Source of the DNA: Chiloscyllium plagiosum
Lineage: Eukaryota
Reading direction: 5' to 3'
DNA length: 64,000 bases
Assembly: GCF_004010195.1 (NCBI RefSeq)
Contig: NC_057719.1
Location: forward strand, 1,045,945-1,109,944
In this document: positions 50,793-62,190 of the stretch, piece after piece
Numbering within the stretch: position 1 is the stretch's first letter
Layout: each line of letters begins with the position of its first letter
The notes under the pieces: model-generated
The model's database searches: none
What the model saw: the letters and a program-made list of their open reading frames with translations, nothing else
What the model was told of the DNA's origin: nothing
Translations under genes and position numbers: made by a program

Positions 50793-53186
50793 GATTGAGC
50801 TAACTTTGTGAACTGTTGCTGTAGGTAGGAGCATCCACAAGCCCTTTGGGAGGGAATTCTAGGGTTTTGACTCAGCAATACTGAAGGAATGGCGAAATAC
50901 TTCCAAGTCAGGATGGTGAATGGCTCGGAGGGGAACTTGCAGGGGGTGGTGTTCCCATATATCTGCTGCCCTTGTCCTTCTAGGTGGAAGCAGTCATGGG
51001 TTTGGAAGGTGCTGTCTGAGGGTCTTTGGTGAGTTTCTGCAGTGCATCTTGTAGATGGTACACACTGCTGCTACTGAGTGTTGGTGGTGGAGGGAGTGGG
51101 TGTTTGTGAATGCGGTGCCAATCAAGTGGCTGCTTTGTCCTCGATGGTGAAAAACTTCTTGAGTGTTGTTGGAGCTGCCCCCATCCAGGCAAGTGGGGAG
51201 TATTCCATCACACTCCTGACTTGTGCCTTGTAGATGGTGGTCAGGGTTTGGAGTCAGGAGGTGAGTTACTTACTACAGGATTCCTTGTCTTTGACCTGCT
51301 CTTAGAAGCATAAAATCCTTACAGTGTGGAAAGAGACCATTCAGCCCATAGAGACCACACTGACACTCCGAAGACCATCCTGCCCAGACCCAAACCCCCT
51401 ATCCTAACCCCGTAACGCTGCATTTCCCTCAGCTAACCTTGTACCATCGGTATTTTTATGGCAAGTCAATGCTGAAGACTCTGACAGTAACATTGTCTGT
51501 AAGGTTTGGCTCCGTGTGTTGGACCATTGCACACTATTGCTCGACTAGTCCGAGATACAGCTCTCCCAGTTTTGACCTTAGCCCCTAGATAATGGTCAGG
51601 AGGGTTTACAGAGTGATAGGGCTGAGGTTGCTGTTGGCGTGCCCAAGCTTAATGCCAATGGCCAGTCCAGTTTCATTTCTCTGTTTAGATTTTGTAGCGC
51701 TTTGATGCAACTAAGTGACCAAGTAACGATAATCAAGCACACTCGTCATTCTTACCACCACTGAGACAAGCATTCAATTCTAGATTATTCAGTGAATTTA
51801 AATTTCACCAGCTGCTGAAGGCACAGGAGCAGCAGTAGGCCATTCAGCCCATCAAGTCTGCTCCACCAATCAATAATATCATGACTGATCTGATATCCTT
51901 TAACTTCACGTTTCTGCCTTTCCCTCTCTTGGTTCCCTGAAAAATCTGTCTATCACAACCTTGACCATAGTTAACGACCTGGCCTTGGCACTCCTCAGCA
52001 GCCAAGAATTCCACAGATTCAATCCCCTCAGAGAAGAAATTCCTCAACTCGGTCTTACTGTGAGATGATGCCTTCTGGTCCTAGAAACTCCCACAAGCAG
52101 AAAAACCTTTCTGCATCTACCTTGTCAAGCTCCTTGTAAAGAGTCATTACACCCGAAATGTCAACTCTGCACGTTCTCCCGTATCTGCATGGATTTCCTC
52201 CGGGTGCTCCAGTTTCCTCCCGCAGTCTAAAGATGTGCAGGTCAGGTGGATTGGCCATGATAAATTACCCCATAGTGTTCAAAGATGTGTAGGTTAGGTG
52301 CTTTAGCCATAGGAAATGCGTTGATAGGTAGGGGAATGGGAATGGGTAGATGCTCTTCAGAGGGTTGGTGTGGACTAGGGCCCTAATGACCTTCTTCCAC
52401 ACTGTAGGGATTCTAAGAAATTTCTCTCCACAGATGCTGCCACACTTTCCAGCAATTTCTGGTTTTGTTGTTAAGAATTTTGTATATTTCAATAAAATGA
52501 CCTCTCTTTTTCTAAACTCCAATGAGTACAGGCCAACCCACTCAATCCCTCCACATGAGAGTTCCTCCATCCCTGGGAACAGCTGCGTGACCCTTCTCTG
52601 GTCTGCCTCCAATGCCAATGTATCTTTCACAAATAATGGGTCCAAAACTGTCCACAATATTCCAGTTGAAGTCTAACTGACGCCTTGTATAGCTTTAACA
52701 AGACCTCTCTGTTTTTATACTTCACTCCCTTTTAATGAAAAGCCAACATTCCATTTGTCTTACCCGTAACCTGCTGAGCTTGGACATTAACCGTCTGAGA
52801 CTCATGTGCAAAGACTCCCTAATTAATTTGTGCTGTAGCTTTCTGCAAATCACCCCCCAGTTCAATTATATTCTGCTCCTCTATTCTTCCTGTCGAAGTA
52901 TAAAACATCACATATCCCACACTATATTCCATCCACCTGCTTACTTACCCTGCCTTTCTCCCTCTATTAACTGTGAGTCATCTTCACCTTCCCACCTGCT
53001 GTTGTGTCATCTGCAAATCTGGTGATAGCATATTTTACCCTCCGAGCCATTAAAACATTTTAGAAACAACTGTGGCCCCAACACTGATTTTTATGGATTC
53101 TGTCCTGAAAACGTCCTCTTTATCCCAACTATGTCTTCTGTTAATTATGATGTGGAGGTGCCTGCGTTGGACCGAGGTGGGCACAA

Positions 53187-54004
53187 TTAAAAATCACACA
53201 ACACCAGGTTATAGTCCAACAGGTTTAATTGGAAGTGCAAGCTTTCAGAGTGCTGCTCCTTCGTCAGGTAACTAGTGGGGCAGGATCACAGGACACGGAA
53301 TTTTAGTAAACGATTAAAGTGTCATACAACTGATGTGATGTATAGAATTAACCTAGATTGCTGTTACGTCTTTAATCACTTATAATGGGGATGCAGATTT
53401 CAATCAATTCTTATGTAAATTTCAGAACATCTTTCAATTCACAGTCCCGAGATAACTTAAGGTTTTATCAGTATATAAATAAAAAATACTTCAGCTCAGA
53501 CAATGCATTAAAGATGTGAGGTTAGAGTATGTTCAATTTGCAAAGTAGGAATTTATAAAATGTCACACAGACTGACCGCCTACAGATTGTGTGCTTTTTG
53601 AACAAAATAGAATGTACCTGCAAATCTGCAACTGCAAGCTCAAAGTTGGAATACAGACAGACTCTTACCTCACATCTTTAACTCATTGTCCGAGTTGAGA
53701 TGTCACTTTTTTTATATACTCATAAAACCTTAAGTTATCTCGGGACTGTGAATTGAAAGATGTTCTGGAATTTACATAATAATTGATTGAAATGTCAATC
53801 CCCATTCTAAGTGATTAAAGATGTAACAGCAATCTAGGTTTGTTCAATATATCATATCAGTTGTATGACACTTTGATCTTTTACTATAATCTCTGTGTCC
53901 TACGATCCTGCTCCACTAGCTACCTGATGAAGGAGCAGCGCTCCAAAAGCTTGTACTTTCAAATAAACCTGTTGGACTATAACCTAGTGTTATGTGATTT
54001 TTAA
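53187..54004. mobile_element. Penelope-like termini in inverted arrangement (~340-bp arms)
   Basis: ~53187-53530 is the approximate reverse complement of ~53665-54004; degenerate hammerhead CTGATGAAGGAGCAGCGCTCCAAAAGC at ~53924. Confidence 0.75.
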
Positions 54005-55360
54005 CTTCTATGAATTAGCCAGCTCTCAGGCCGTACTAACTTAAATAGGAGAAAGTGAGGACTGCAGATGCTGGAGATCAGAGCTGAAAATGTGTTGCTG
54101 GATAAGGGCAGCAGGTTAGGCAGCATCCAAGGAGCAGGAGAATTGACATTTCCGGCATAAGCCCTTCTTCAGGAATGAAAGAGGGGCTTATGCCCGAAAC
54201 GTCGATTCTCCTGCTCCTTGGATGCTGCCTGACCTGCTGCGCTTTTCCAGCAACACATTTTTCAGCTCGTACTAACTTAAGTCCTCAGCTTGAAGTGGAG
54301 GGATACAGGGCTCAGAAAACAACCAGATGCCCAGGCTGCCTGTGTGGGAGAGCAGGCCATTAGTTATCGCTGACTTAAGGCAGGCCTTAAACGATAGGGA
54401 AATGTTAGGAATTACGCAGAAGCTGCCAGCAGCAAGAACAATCAATGCATTCGGAGTCAAACATTGCAGAGAGTTTATCTAAATAAACCCACAATCAGAT
54501 AACCAAAAACATAGTTAAAGGTAAGTTTTAAAGAATGTGTTAAAGAAGCATTCCAAGAGGCAGAGGAAGAGAGAATTCTCGATAAAAAAACAAAGGAACT
54601 GTGGATACTGTAATCAGAAACAAAAACAGAAGTGGCTGGAAAAGCTCAGCAGGACTGACAGCACCTGTGAAGAGAAATCAGAGTTATTGTTTGAGGCCCG
54701 GTGACCCTTCCTTGGAACTCAGTTCTCTCTATAGATGCTGCCAGACCTGCTGAGCTTTCCCAGCTATTTCTGTTTTTGTTTCCATGTTAAGAGAAAATTC
54801 TAGGATTTGTGACACAAGTAACCAAAGGCACAGCTGCCAATGGTGCAGTGAATAGAATTACGGGATGCTGTCATTAGAAGACTCAGCAATAAAGTTTCAG
54901 CTTTGATCTCCAGCGTCTGCAGACCTCACTTTCTCCACAAGTAACCAAAGGCACAGCTGCCAATGGTGCAGTGAATAGAATTACGGGATGCTGTCATTAG
55001 AAGACTGGACATACATTTCGGCGAGTTGAGAGGCTGGAGACGATCACAGAGATCAGGAGGGATGTGAACTTGGAGAGGTCAGAGAGCGAAGGAATGCAGG
55101 TTCTACCTGGAGAACAACCGGCTGTCTTCAGGTATGGGACCCAAAGCTCAGGATTAGCTGAGGTCCTGGCGGATGTGGAGTTTCAACCAGTGCAGTTCAC
55201 AGCCAGCTCCCCCCCACACCCATCCCCCATCTCACTATCAAGTGACCCTTACCCCAGCCCCAAACACTAAAACCATTCGTTGCCCCTCAGGCTCTTCTTA
55301 GCTCCCCTACAGCCGCAGCCCCTCCCCATTGCTCAAGCCCCAGGCTTTTCAGACACTCAC

Positions 55361-56232
55361 GGCCACAGACACTGCAGGCAAACTTCCTTCGCTTGGCAAT
55401 GCCAAAGCTGCTGGAGGTCTCGACCGTATCCCCGCTGGCATCAATGGTCAGCGTCAAGGCAACTGGAGGCTGCTCATCCAGGCTGGTACTGTCCTGTTGG
55501 TCGAGTGGTGAGAGGAGGGGCTCAGTCCCCGAACTCTGGACCCCCTCGGGTTTCTCTGCCTCCTCGCCGGGCTCCGAAGGGTCAGCGAAGGTCCGGCTCT
55601 GTGAGGTGATCCCATGGGGGAGCGCTCCACTGGCGTGAGAGTACAAGTGATCGCGCAGACTGCTCCGCACGCTGAACCGCTCTCCACAGTAGTGGCACGA
55701 GTAGAGTTTATGGTGTTTGCCCCGCTTGAAGTTGAGGCCGGGGACCTGCAGCCCAGCTGAGGGTCCGCCCCGGGAACCCGCCGACAGGTTCTGGCTGTGA
55801 TCGTCCGACACTAGCTGTCCAGCAGAGTCCTGGCTGCTAGCCGTGATCACCGGGGCGCGGGCGTACCGATGCTCGGGGATGTTGGACGGCACACCAACTG
55901 ATACTTGGCAGAGTGGGTCTGCGCCCTGGCTCGACGCGCCACTCCGACTGCTGGAAGGCTGGAGGTCCCTCACGGTCAGCTTCTGGGAGCCAGAGATCTG
56001 GATGCCGTACAGGTTGGGCGACTGCAGAGGCAGCACGTCAGGATGCTGGACGAAGACCTGCCCAGCGTGGCCCGCCTCATGGACCAGGTTGTAGGCATGC
56101 AGGAAGCGGATGCCCTCCTCCAGGCGGTTTGGATCCACGGGCTGTTTCGGACCTTTGCCTGTGTACATCAGGTGCAGCAGGTAGCTGAAGATGTCTGGCT
56201 GTATGTCCACTGGCTGGACCTTGATATAGTCG
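55361..56232 (-). CDS. ZBTB25: ZBTB25 coding exon 2 (rest of BTB, C2H2 finger 1, first half of finger 2)
   Basis: Acceptor ttctgttttgcccgacag|C restores [53 protein letters not shown] and CHYCGERFSVRSSLRDHLYSHASGALPHG match ZBTB25 rather than ZBTB2. Ends KRRKFACSVCG-C|GTGAGT (phase 1). Confidence 0.9.
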
Positions 56233-57449
56233 CTGTCGGGCAAAACAGAAGCCAAAGAGTTAAACTCCCGCTGCGCGCTCTCTTCAAAACTTACTCCAAA
56301 AGCGTCAACCCACACCATCACACCGGAGACACCAAACAGAGAGAGGTCAAACCAAACGCCTCAAGTGGGTGTAAGAGAACAGACCGCTGTGATTTCAATG
56401 CAGAGCAGCGTTCTCTCTGGTGTCCTAGCCTCAGTCTTACCATCAACCAGGATAATCAGGCCCCTGTCATATCGCTGGATGGGAGGTTGCTGTGCACTAA
56501 GCTGTTGACTACATTTTCTTCCTGTGACGCACATTGGGATGGCGTGGAATCGTGAAACTGCTTTGGAAATGCAGGCTTTGCAAAGTGATAGTCGTCTTTG
56601 TCTCAGTGGACATAGCTTGATCCCTCATTAAAGCGACACAACTAGGGGAGGGCATGGTCTAGTGGTATTATTGCTTTATTGTTAACCCAGAGACCCAGCT
56701 AATGTTCTGGGGACACTGGTTCAATTCCGCCAGATGGTGGAATTCAAATTCAATAAAAATCTGGAATTAAGAATCTAATGATGACTATGTTCATTGTCGA
56801 TTGTCAGAAAAACTCATCTGGCTCCCTGATGTCCTTTAGGGGAAGAAAATCTCAATCTTCTACGGTCTTGCCTGCATGTGACTCCACACCCACAACAATA
56901 TGGTTGACTCCTAACTGCCCTCTTGGCAATTAGGGATGGACAATAAATACTGGCCTGGCCAGCCTCATCCCGTGAATGAATAAAAATTGGAGGTGGGCCA
57001 ATCTAGAGCCACTGCTGCGTATCAGACCATGTGGAGTAAGAGGGCGCCCGGGTGGTGACTTGTATCAGCTCAGAAATTGAACCTATGCCATGGGGCTGCA
57101 TCGAAAGCCAGTCATGCAGCTAACTGCTCCCATACTGGAACAGTTCAAAGCAGCAGTCATTGTCCTGCCAAATAGGGCAGTAGGATAGGGCAGCACTTAG
57201 TCAGGTATTAGACAAATAAACTCAGGATTTAGAAGCTGGGGATGTAAGGGTAGCCTCCAACCCCAAACTAACCAATAACAGAATGAGGAAGAGATCAAAG
57301 GTGAGGGAGATGAAGGGAGGGAGAGAGACAGGCAGAGAGAGACAGGCAGAGAGAGCGAGAGAGAGACAGGCAGAGAGAGAGAGAGAGAGAGACAGGCAGA
57401 GAGAGACAGACAGGCAAGCAGAGAGAGAGAGGGAGAGAGACGGACAGGC

Positions 57450-57480
<31 letters not shown>

Positions 57481-57535
57481 AGAGAGAGAGAGGGAGAGAG
57501 ACAGACAGACAGAGGAAGAGATAGATGTCTCTTAC

Positions 57536-57708
57536 CTTGACTGATGAATAAAAATCATTTTGAAGTAATTGGAAAATGCAGCCAGCACTGATCGATGAGC
57601 TTTAAAGTGAATGTCCCCAACTGCAACGGTGCAGTCACACAGGAAACCAAACTCCCTCTGGATATTCAACTGTTGCAGCAGCACCAGTCCATGATTAGCT
57701 ACATCCAT
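57536..57708 (-). CDS. ZBTB25: ZBTB25 coding exon 1 (N-terminal half of BTB/POZ domain)
   Basis: [57 protein letters not shown] closely matches the ZBTB25/ZBTB2 N-terminus. ATG at 57708; acceptor tcctacag 9 nt upstream (exon starts 57717); donor AG|GTAAG at 57536/57535; 173 coding nt, phase 2. Confidence 0.93.
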
Positions 57709-58468
57709 GATGCAGCTCTGTAGGATACAACAAAGGCTGATTAACAATCCACTTCTGTTGGCTAGAGGCTGCAGCATACCCTGGAACACAGCAACTCTGG
57801 TACTGGGGCAAGGACTGGGGGGTAGAAGGTTAAATCTCACCACAACAATACAATTTGTAAAACTGATTTCTACAATATCATCTTCAAAAGTCAGTACAAT
57901 CAAGATGCAGCCCGACTGCGACAGAGTACAACAGCTTCACCAGAATCCTTCAGATTCCAGAACCTCCTGTCCTTATCCAACCATCCAAACTCTGACCTCC
58001 ATTCCTTAGTAGTACCCAGTTAACCCTCAACTTCCCTCTGGAACAGGCAAATAAATCCTGGCACTGCCCACAGCACCACAGTCACAGAATTGTACAGCAT
58101 GGAAGCAGACCCTTTGGTCCAATTCATCCATGGCGACCAGATATCCTAAATTAATCTAGTCCCATTTGCCAGCACTTGGCCCATATCCCTCTAAACCCTT
58201 CCTATTCATGTACCCATTCAGATGCATTTTAAATACTGTAATTGTACCAGCCTCCACCACTTCCTCTAGCAGCTCATTCCATACACGCACCATGAAGAAG
58301 TTTCCCTTTCGGTCCCTTTTAAATCCTTCCCCTCTCACTTTAAACCTATGCCCTCTGGTTTTGGGTCTCCCTAACCTGGGAAAAACGCCTTTACTATCCA
58401 CCCTATCCATGCCCCTCATGATTTTATGAAGCTCTATAAGATCATCACTCCAATGTTCCAGAGAAAAT

Positions 58469-58690
58469 AGTTGAAACTTTATTGCTGGAACAGCACAGCA
58501 GGTCAGGCAGCATCCAGGGAACAGGAGATTCGACGTTTCGGGCACAGGCCCTTCTTCAGGAATTCCTGAAGAAGGGCCTGTGCCCGAAACGTCGAATCTC
58601 CTGTTCCCTGGATGCTGCCTGACCTGCTGTGCTGTTCCAGCAATAAAGTTTCAACTTTGATCTCCAGCATCTGCAGACCTCACTTTCTCC
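58469..58690. mobile_element. Young Penelope-terminus insertion containing a perfect 188-bp palindrome, inside a CR1
   Basis: 58469-58656 is self-complementary about AATT (58561-58564); TCCAGAGAAAATAG is duplicated at 58457-58470 and 58688-58701. Confidence 0.85.
58562..58597 (+). ncRNA. Minimal type I hammerhead ribozyme motif (Penelope-associated); mirror copy on - at 58528-58563
   Basis: ATTC-CTGAAGA-A-GGGC CTGT GCCC-GAAAC-GTC-GAAT: stem I ATTC/GAAT, core CUGANGA/GAAA, stem II GGGC/GCCC, palindromic ACGU stem III. Confidence 0.7.
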
Positions 58691-58740
58691 AGAGAAAATA
58701 GCCCAGTCTATTCAGCCTCTCCCTATAACTCAAATCCTCC

Positions 58741-60820
58741 TGATAAAGTATTGGGGAAATAATAGCTAAATCCTCCATTTTGTAAGTCTCCTTTTTGTGA
58801 TAATAACTTGCCTTTTAAAATGGCTAAGCACAGTGACCATGAGAATGGAACAAGGACTGCATGAATCCTGGCATAAACCAGTCAGTGAAGGAACAGACAA
58901 GGACAGAGAAAAAATGCATTAGATTCTGGTGACTTTGATGACATTGGGGGGTGAAAATGTGTTGCTGGAAAAGCGCAGCAGGTCAGGCAACATCCAAGGA
59001 GCAGGAGAATCGACTTTTCGGGCATGAGCCCTTCTTCAGGAATGAAGGAATTTACTTTGGGAGCAGAAGGTTTTCATGCTGACACTGTTTTGTCTCTGGG
59101 AAAGCGACCAAGACGATCTAAACATCTCAATGCCTTTTTGTATTTGGCTTATCAAAGTGCCCAAATGATGGGAAAAGTTGGGTATGTGCTCAACTTTTGC
59201 CACCCGATTCACAGGGGGTTATCCCTCTTTAGCCTCTCTCTTTTAGCTGGCCTGAGGTGGCCAAACAACTAATACGCTGGACCTCCTGGGATAAAATTGA
59301 GCAATGGCAGTCAGTAGGTATGAAATGACCCTGGTCTGGGATTGGTAGCAATCTGGCTACAACAGATCCCATATACCCCCTTTCCTGGTAGTCCTTAATA
59401 ATACTATTAATGACATTATTTGTTTTAGTAAAAATGGGAGCATCTCTAGTGGCTTATATATGGGGACTAGTCGATGCTGTTTAACTATCCCATGGATTGA
59501 ACCAAACCAAAATTTAACTAAATTTGGTTATTTTCTGTTTGATTGGTCCTCTGTTCTTAACAGAACATCACGGTCCCTTTAGAAGGGCCCTAATTCCAGG
59601 GCATGGAAAGATGGATATTCTGGCCTAACCGCCTATAACGGCACCTATTTTGTTTGCGGGTTCAAGGCCTACCCATGGCTCCCCTCAAACGAATGGGGAT
59701 CATGTCATATCGGGTATGCGGTTCCCCTTATTCGGGTTTTAGACAGGTTGCCTTCACCTCCGAGGATGAAGAGGTACCTCCCTGATCTTCTCATGTTTAT
59801 TGGGATGGATCCCCCCCACTGGCATTCATTGACAGGGAACCAAATTAGGTAGATTAAGAATAATACTGGAAATTGTCGCCAATAATACTGCAGATACCAT
59901 GACTAATATCATGCTGATATGGTCGCGATCAGGACAGTGACCCTTCAGAATCATTTGGTCTTGGACTTTCTACTAGCTGAGGAGGGTGGCCCTTGTGCAT
60001 TGTAGGAAAGGAATGCTGCACCTACATTTCTGACAGATTCTCCCCAGGCACATTAGCCAGGAGGTCCAGAAACTTAATGTAATGGATCATGATAAGATCA
60101 GTAGTTTTACTGGATGGTGACCATTTAAAGGTCTCTTTGGGAGTATTGGTGGCATTTCTTTTTCATTTTGGGACTTTATTACTTAATGTAATTGTCTGCA
60201 TTCTTGCATTCAAATGCTTATGGTCATTGATATCTTGATTGCTTTTGTCGTAAACTTTAGGAATGGCCCAGTTGATCATGAAATGATCAAAAGGAGGGAA
60301 TGATAAAGTATTGGGGAAATAACAGCTAAAATTCTCAATTTTGTAAGTCTCCTTTTTGCAATAATAACTTGCCTTTTAAAATGGCTAAGCACAGTGACCA
60401 TGAGAATGGACCAAGGAATGTATGAATCCTGGCATAATCAAGTATCTGTCTGTTTCCCAAACAGGTGCTATAACGGAATATTGATTGTAACCTAGGTATT
60501 ATCTCAGTGATGCAAATAACACCACATTAACAGTATTGTTTATTTTGTGTGAGAAACAACACTAATGTATGAATTACCTCAAGAGAACCTAATTAAGACT
60601 AGAAGCATTATATGGTGGGAATCAGAGCAAAATGATATGATTACGCAAAATAAGGGTACAAATTATGCTGCCACTTTAAGATTTTGAAATGTTTTGAGCT
60701 TATTCAGGGTCATCTCTTTGATACCCTGAGTTTTGCTAATTGATCTGCCAGCCGGCCCGATAACAATAAAAGAGTGCTATTTTGCAACCTTCAAGAGGTC
60801 CGAGAATTTTTAAATTTACA
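58741..60820 (+). mobile_element. Deleted endogenous retrovirus: truncated 5' LTR, decayed gamma-type env, PPT, full 3' LTR (60301-60820)
   Basis: TG..CA ends with CTCC/CTCT 4-bp TSD splitting a CR1. 58741-58876 matches the start of the 3' LTR. PPT AAAAGGAGGGAA. Env motifs GTYFVCG..AYPWLP..WGSC, furin site RMKR, LQNHLVLDFLLAEEGG and C..GKECCTYI; frameshifted. Confidence 0.88.
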
Positions 60821-61290
60821 CTCTAACCCTGGCAACATCCGTATAAATCTTTTTTGACCCCCCTCAAGTTTAGCAGCATCCTTCTTATAGCAGGGAGACC
60901 AGAATTACACACAATATTCCAAAAGTGGCCTAACCAATTTCCTGTACAGTTGCAAAGTGACTTCCCAACTCCTATACTCAATGCACTGACCAATAAAGGA
61001 AAGTGTACCAAACGCCTTCTTCACTATCCTATCTACCTGTGACTCCACTTTCAAGGGACCATGACCCTGCATTCAAAGTCTCTTTGTTCAGCAACAATCC
61101 CCAGGACCTTCAGATTAAGTGTATAAGTCCTGCCCTGATTTGCCTTTCCAAAATGCAGCATCTCTCATTTACCTAGATTAAACTCTAACTGCCACTCTTT
61201 GGCCCATCGGATCAAGGTCCTGTTGTACTCGGCAGTAACCTTCTTCGCTGTCCACTGCACCTCCAGTTTTGGTGTCATCCGCAAACGTGC
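60821..61290 (-). mobile_element. CR1 fragment (continuation of the copy at ~58085-58740)
   Basis: CR1 sequence resumes exactly after the ERV (aaatcctcc|aaccctggcaacatcc). Confidence 0.85.
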
Positions 61291-61654
61291 TGTTCCTGGT
61301 GCGAGTACCCCAGGGTTACTCCTTTGAAGAGGAGCAGGGTATTCTCCCCTTGTGCTGGGACCCCTTCATCAAAATCGGTTGACTGCACTTCAAAATGACT
61401 TCTGAAAACTGTTTGGGAGATTGTGCTAGGTGCTACAAAGATGCAATGCTGTCTTTGTTTACAGTAAAGGAAAGGAAGTTAGGAGTATACCATTGGTTAT
61501 ACAGATATAGGAATCAGCAGCCCACTCCAACATTCAGTAAAATCACTGCTTACCTGGTTTGTGATTTTTATTCCACTCTGCTGTCTGCCACCCCCCCACC
61601 CAATGGTGCCATTGCTCAAGGGTTGATAGAGCCACCACACAGTTCACTACACAA

Positions 61655-62190
61655 GAAAGTGAGTACTGCAGATGCTGGAAATCAGAGTCAAAAAAAGAGT
61701 GGTGCTGGAAAAACACACCAGGTCAGGCAGCATCTGAGGAGCAGGACAGTCGACATTTCGGGCGTAAGCCCTTCATCAGGAATGTTGGGGGTTTGGGAAG
61801 GGGGCTGAGACATAAATAGGAGGGTGAGGCTGGGGCTGGGGGGGGGGGGAAGGTAGTTGGTTTCCTCATCTCTCCTCCCCCCACCTCATCCCAGATCCAA
61901 CCCTCCAACTCGGCACCGCCCTCTTGAATTGTACCACCTACCCATCTTCCTTTCCACCTTTCCTCTGCACCCTCCTGCCCGACCTATCACAATTAATCCC
62001 CACCTTCATCTACTACTGCCTTCCCAGCTACCTGCCCCACCAGCCCCACCTCCAATCTCCCATTTATCACTCAACCCCCTTCTCCGCCCCAACATTCCTG
62101 ATGAAGAACTTATGCCTGAAATGTCAACTCTCCTGCTCGTCGGATGCTGCCTGACCTGCTGTGCTTTTCCAGCAACACACATTTCAACAC
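61655..62190. mobile_element. Inverted Penelope-terminus pair
   Basis: The - copy (~61655-61860) and + copy (~61862-62190) each carry a CTGATGA..GAAA hammerhead-like core. Confidence 0.7.

Noticed and set aside
55287..57903. ZBTB2 assignment, and ORF-track starts at 56321 and 57903
   Set aside because: [19 protein letters not shown] and CHYCGERF match ZBTB25; the ORF extensions are intronic sequence upstream of clear acceptors.
59560..60240. Co-opted syncytin-like env gene
   Set aside because: Multiple frameshifts and stops; no long ORF.
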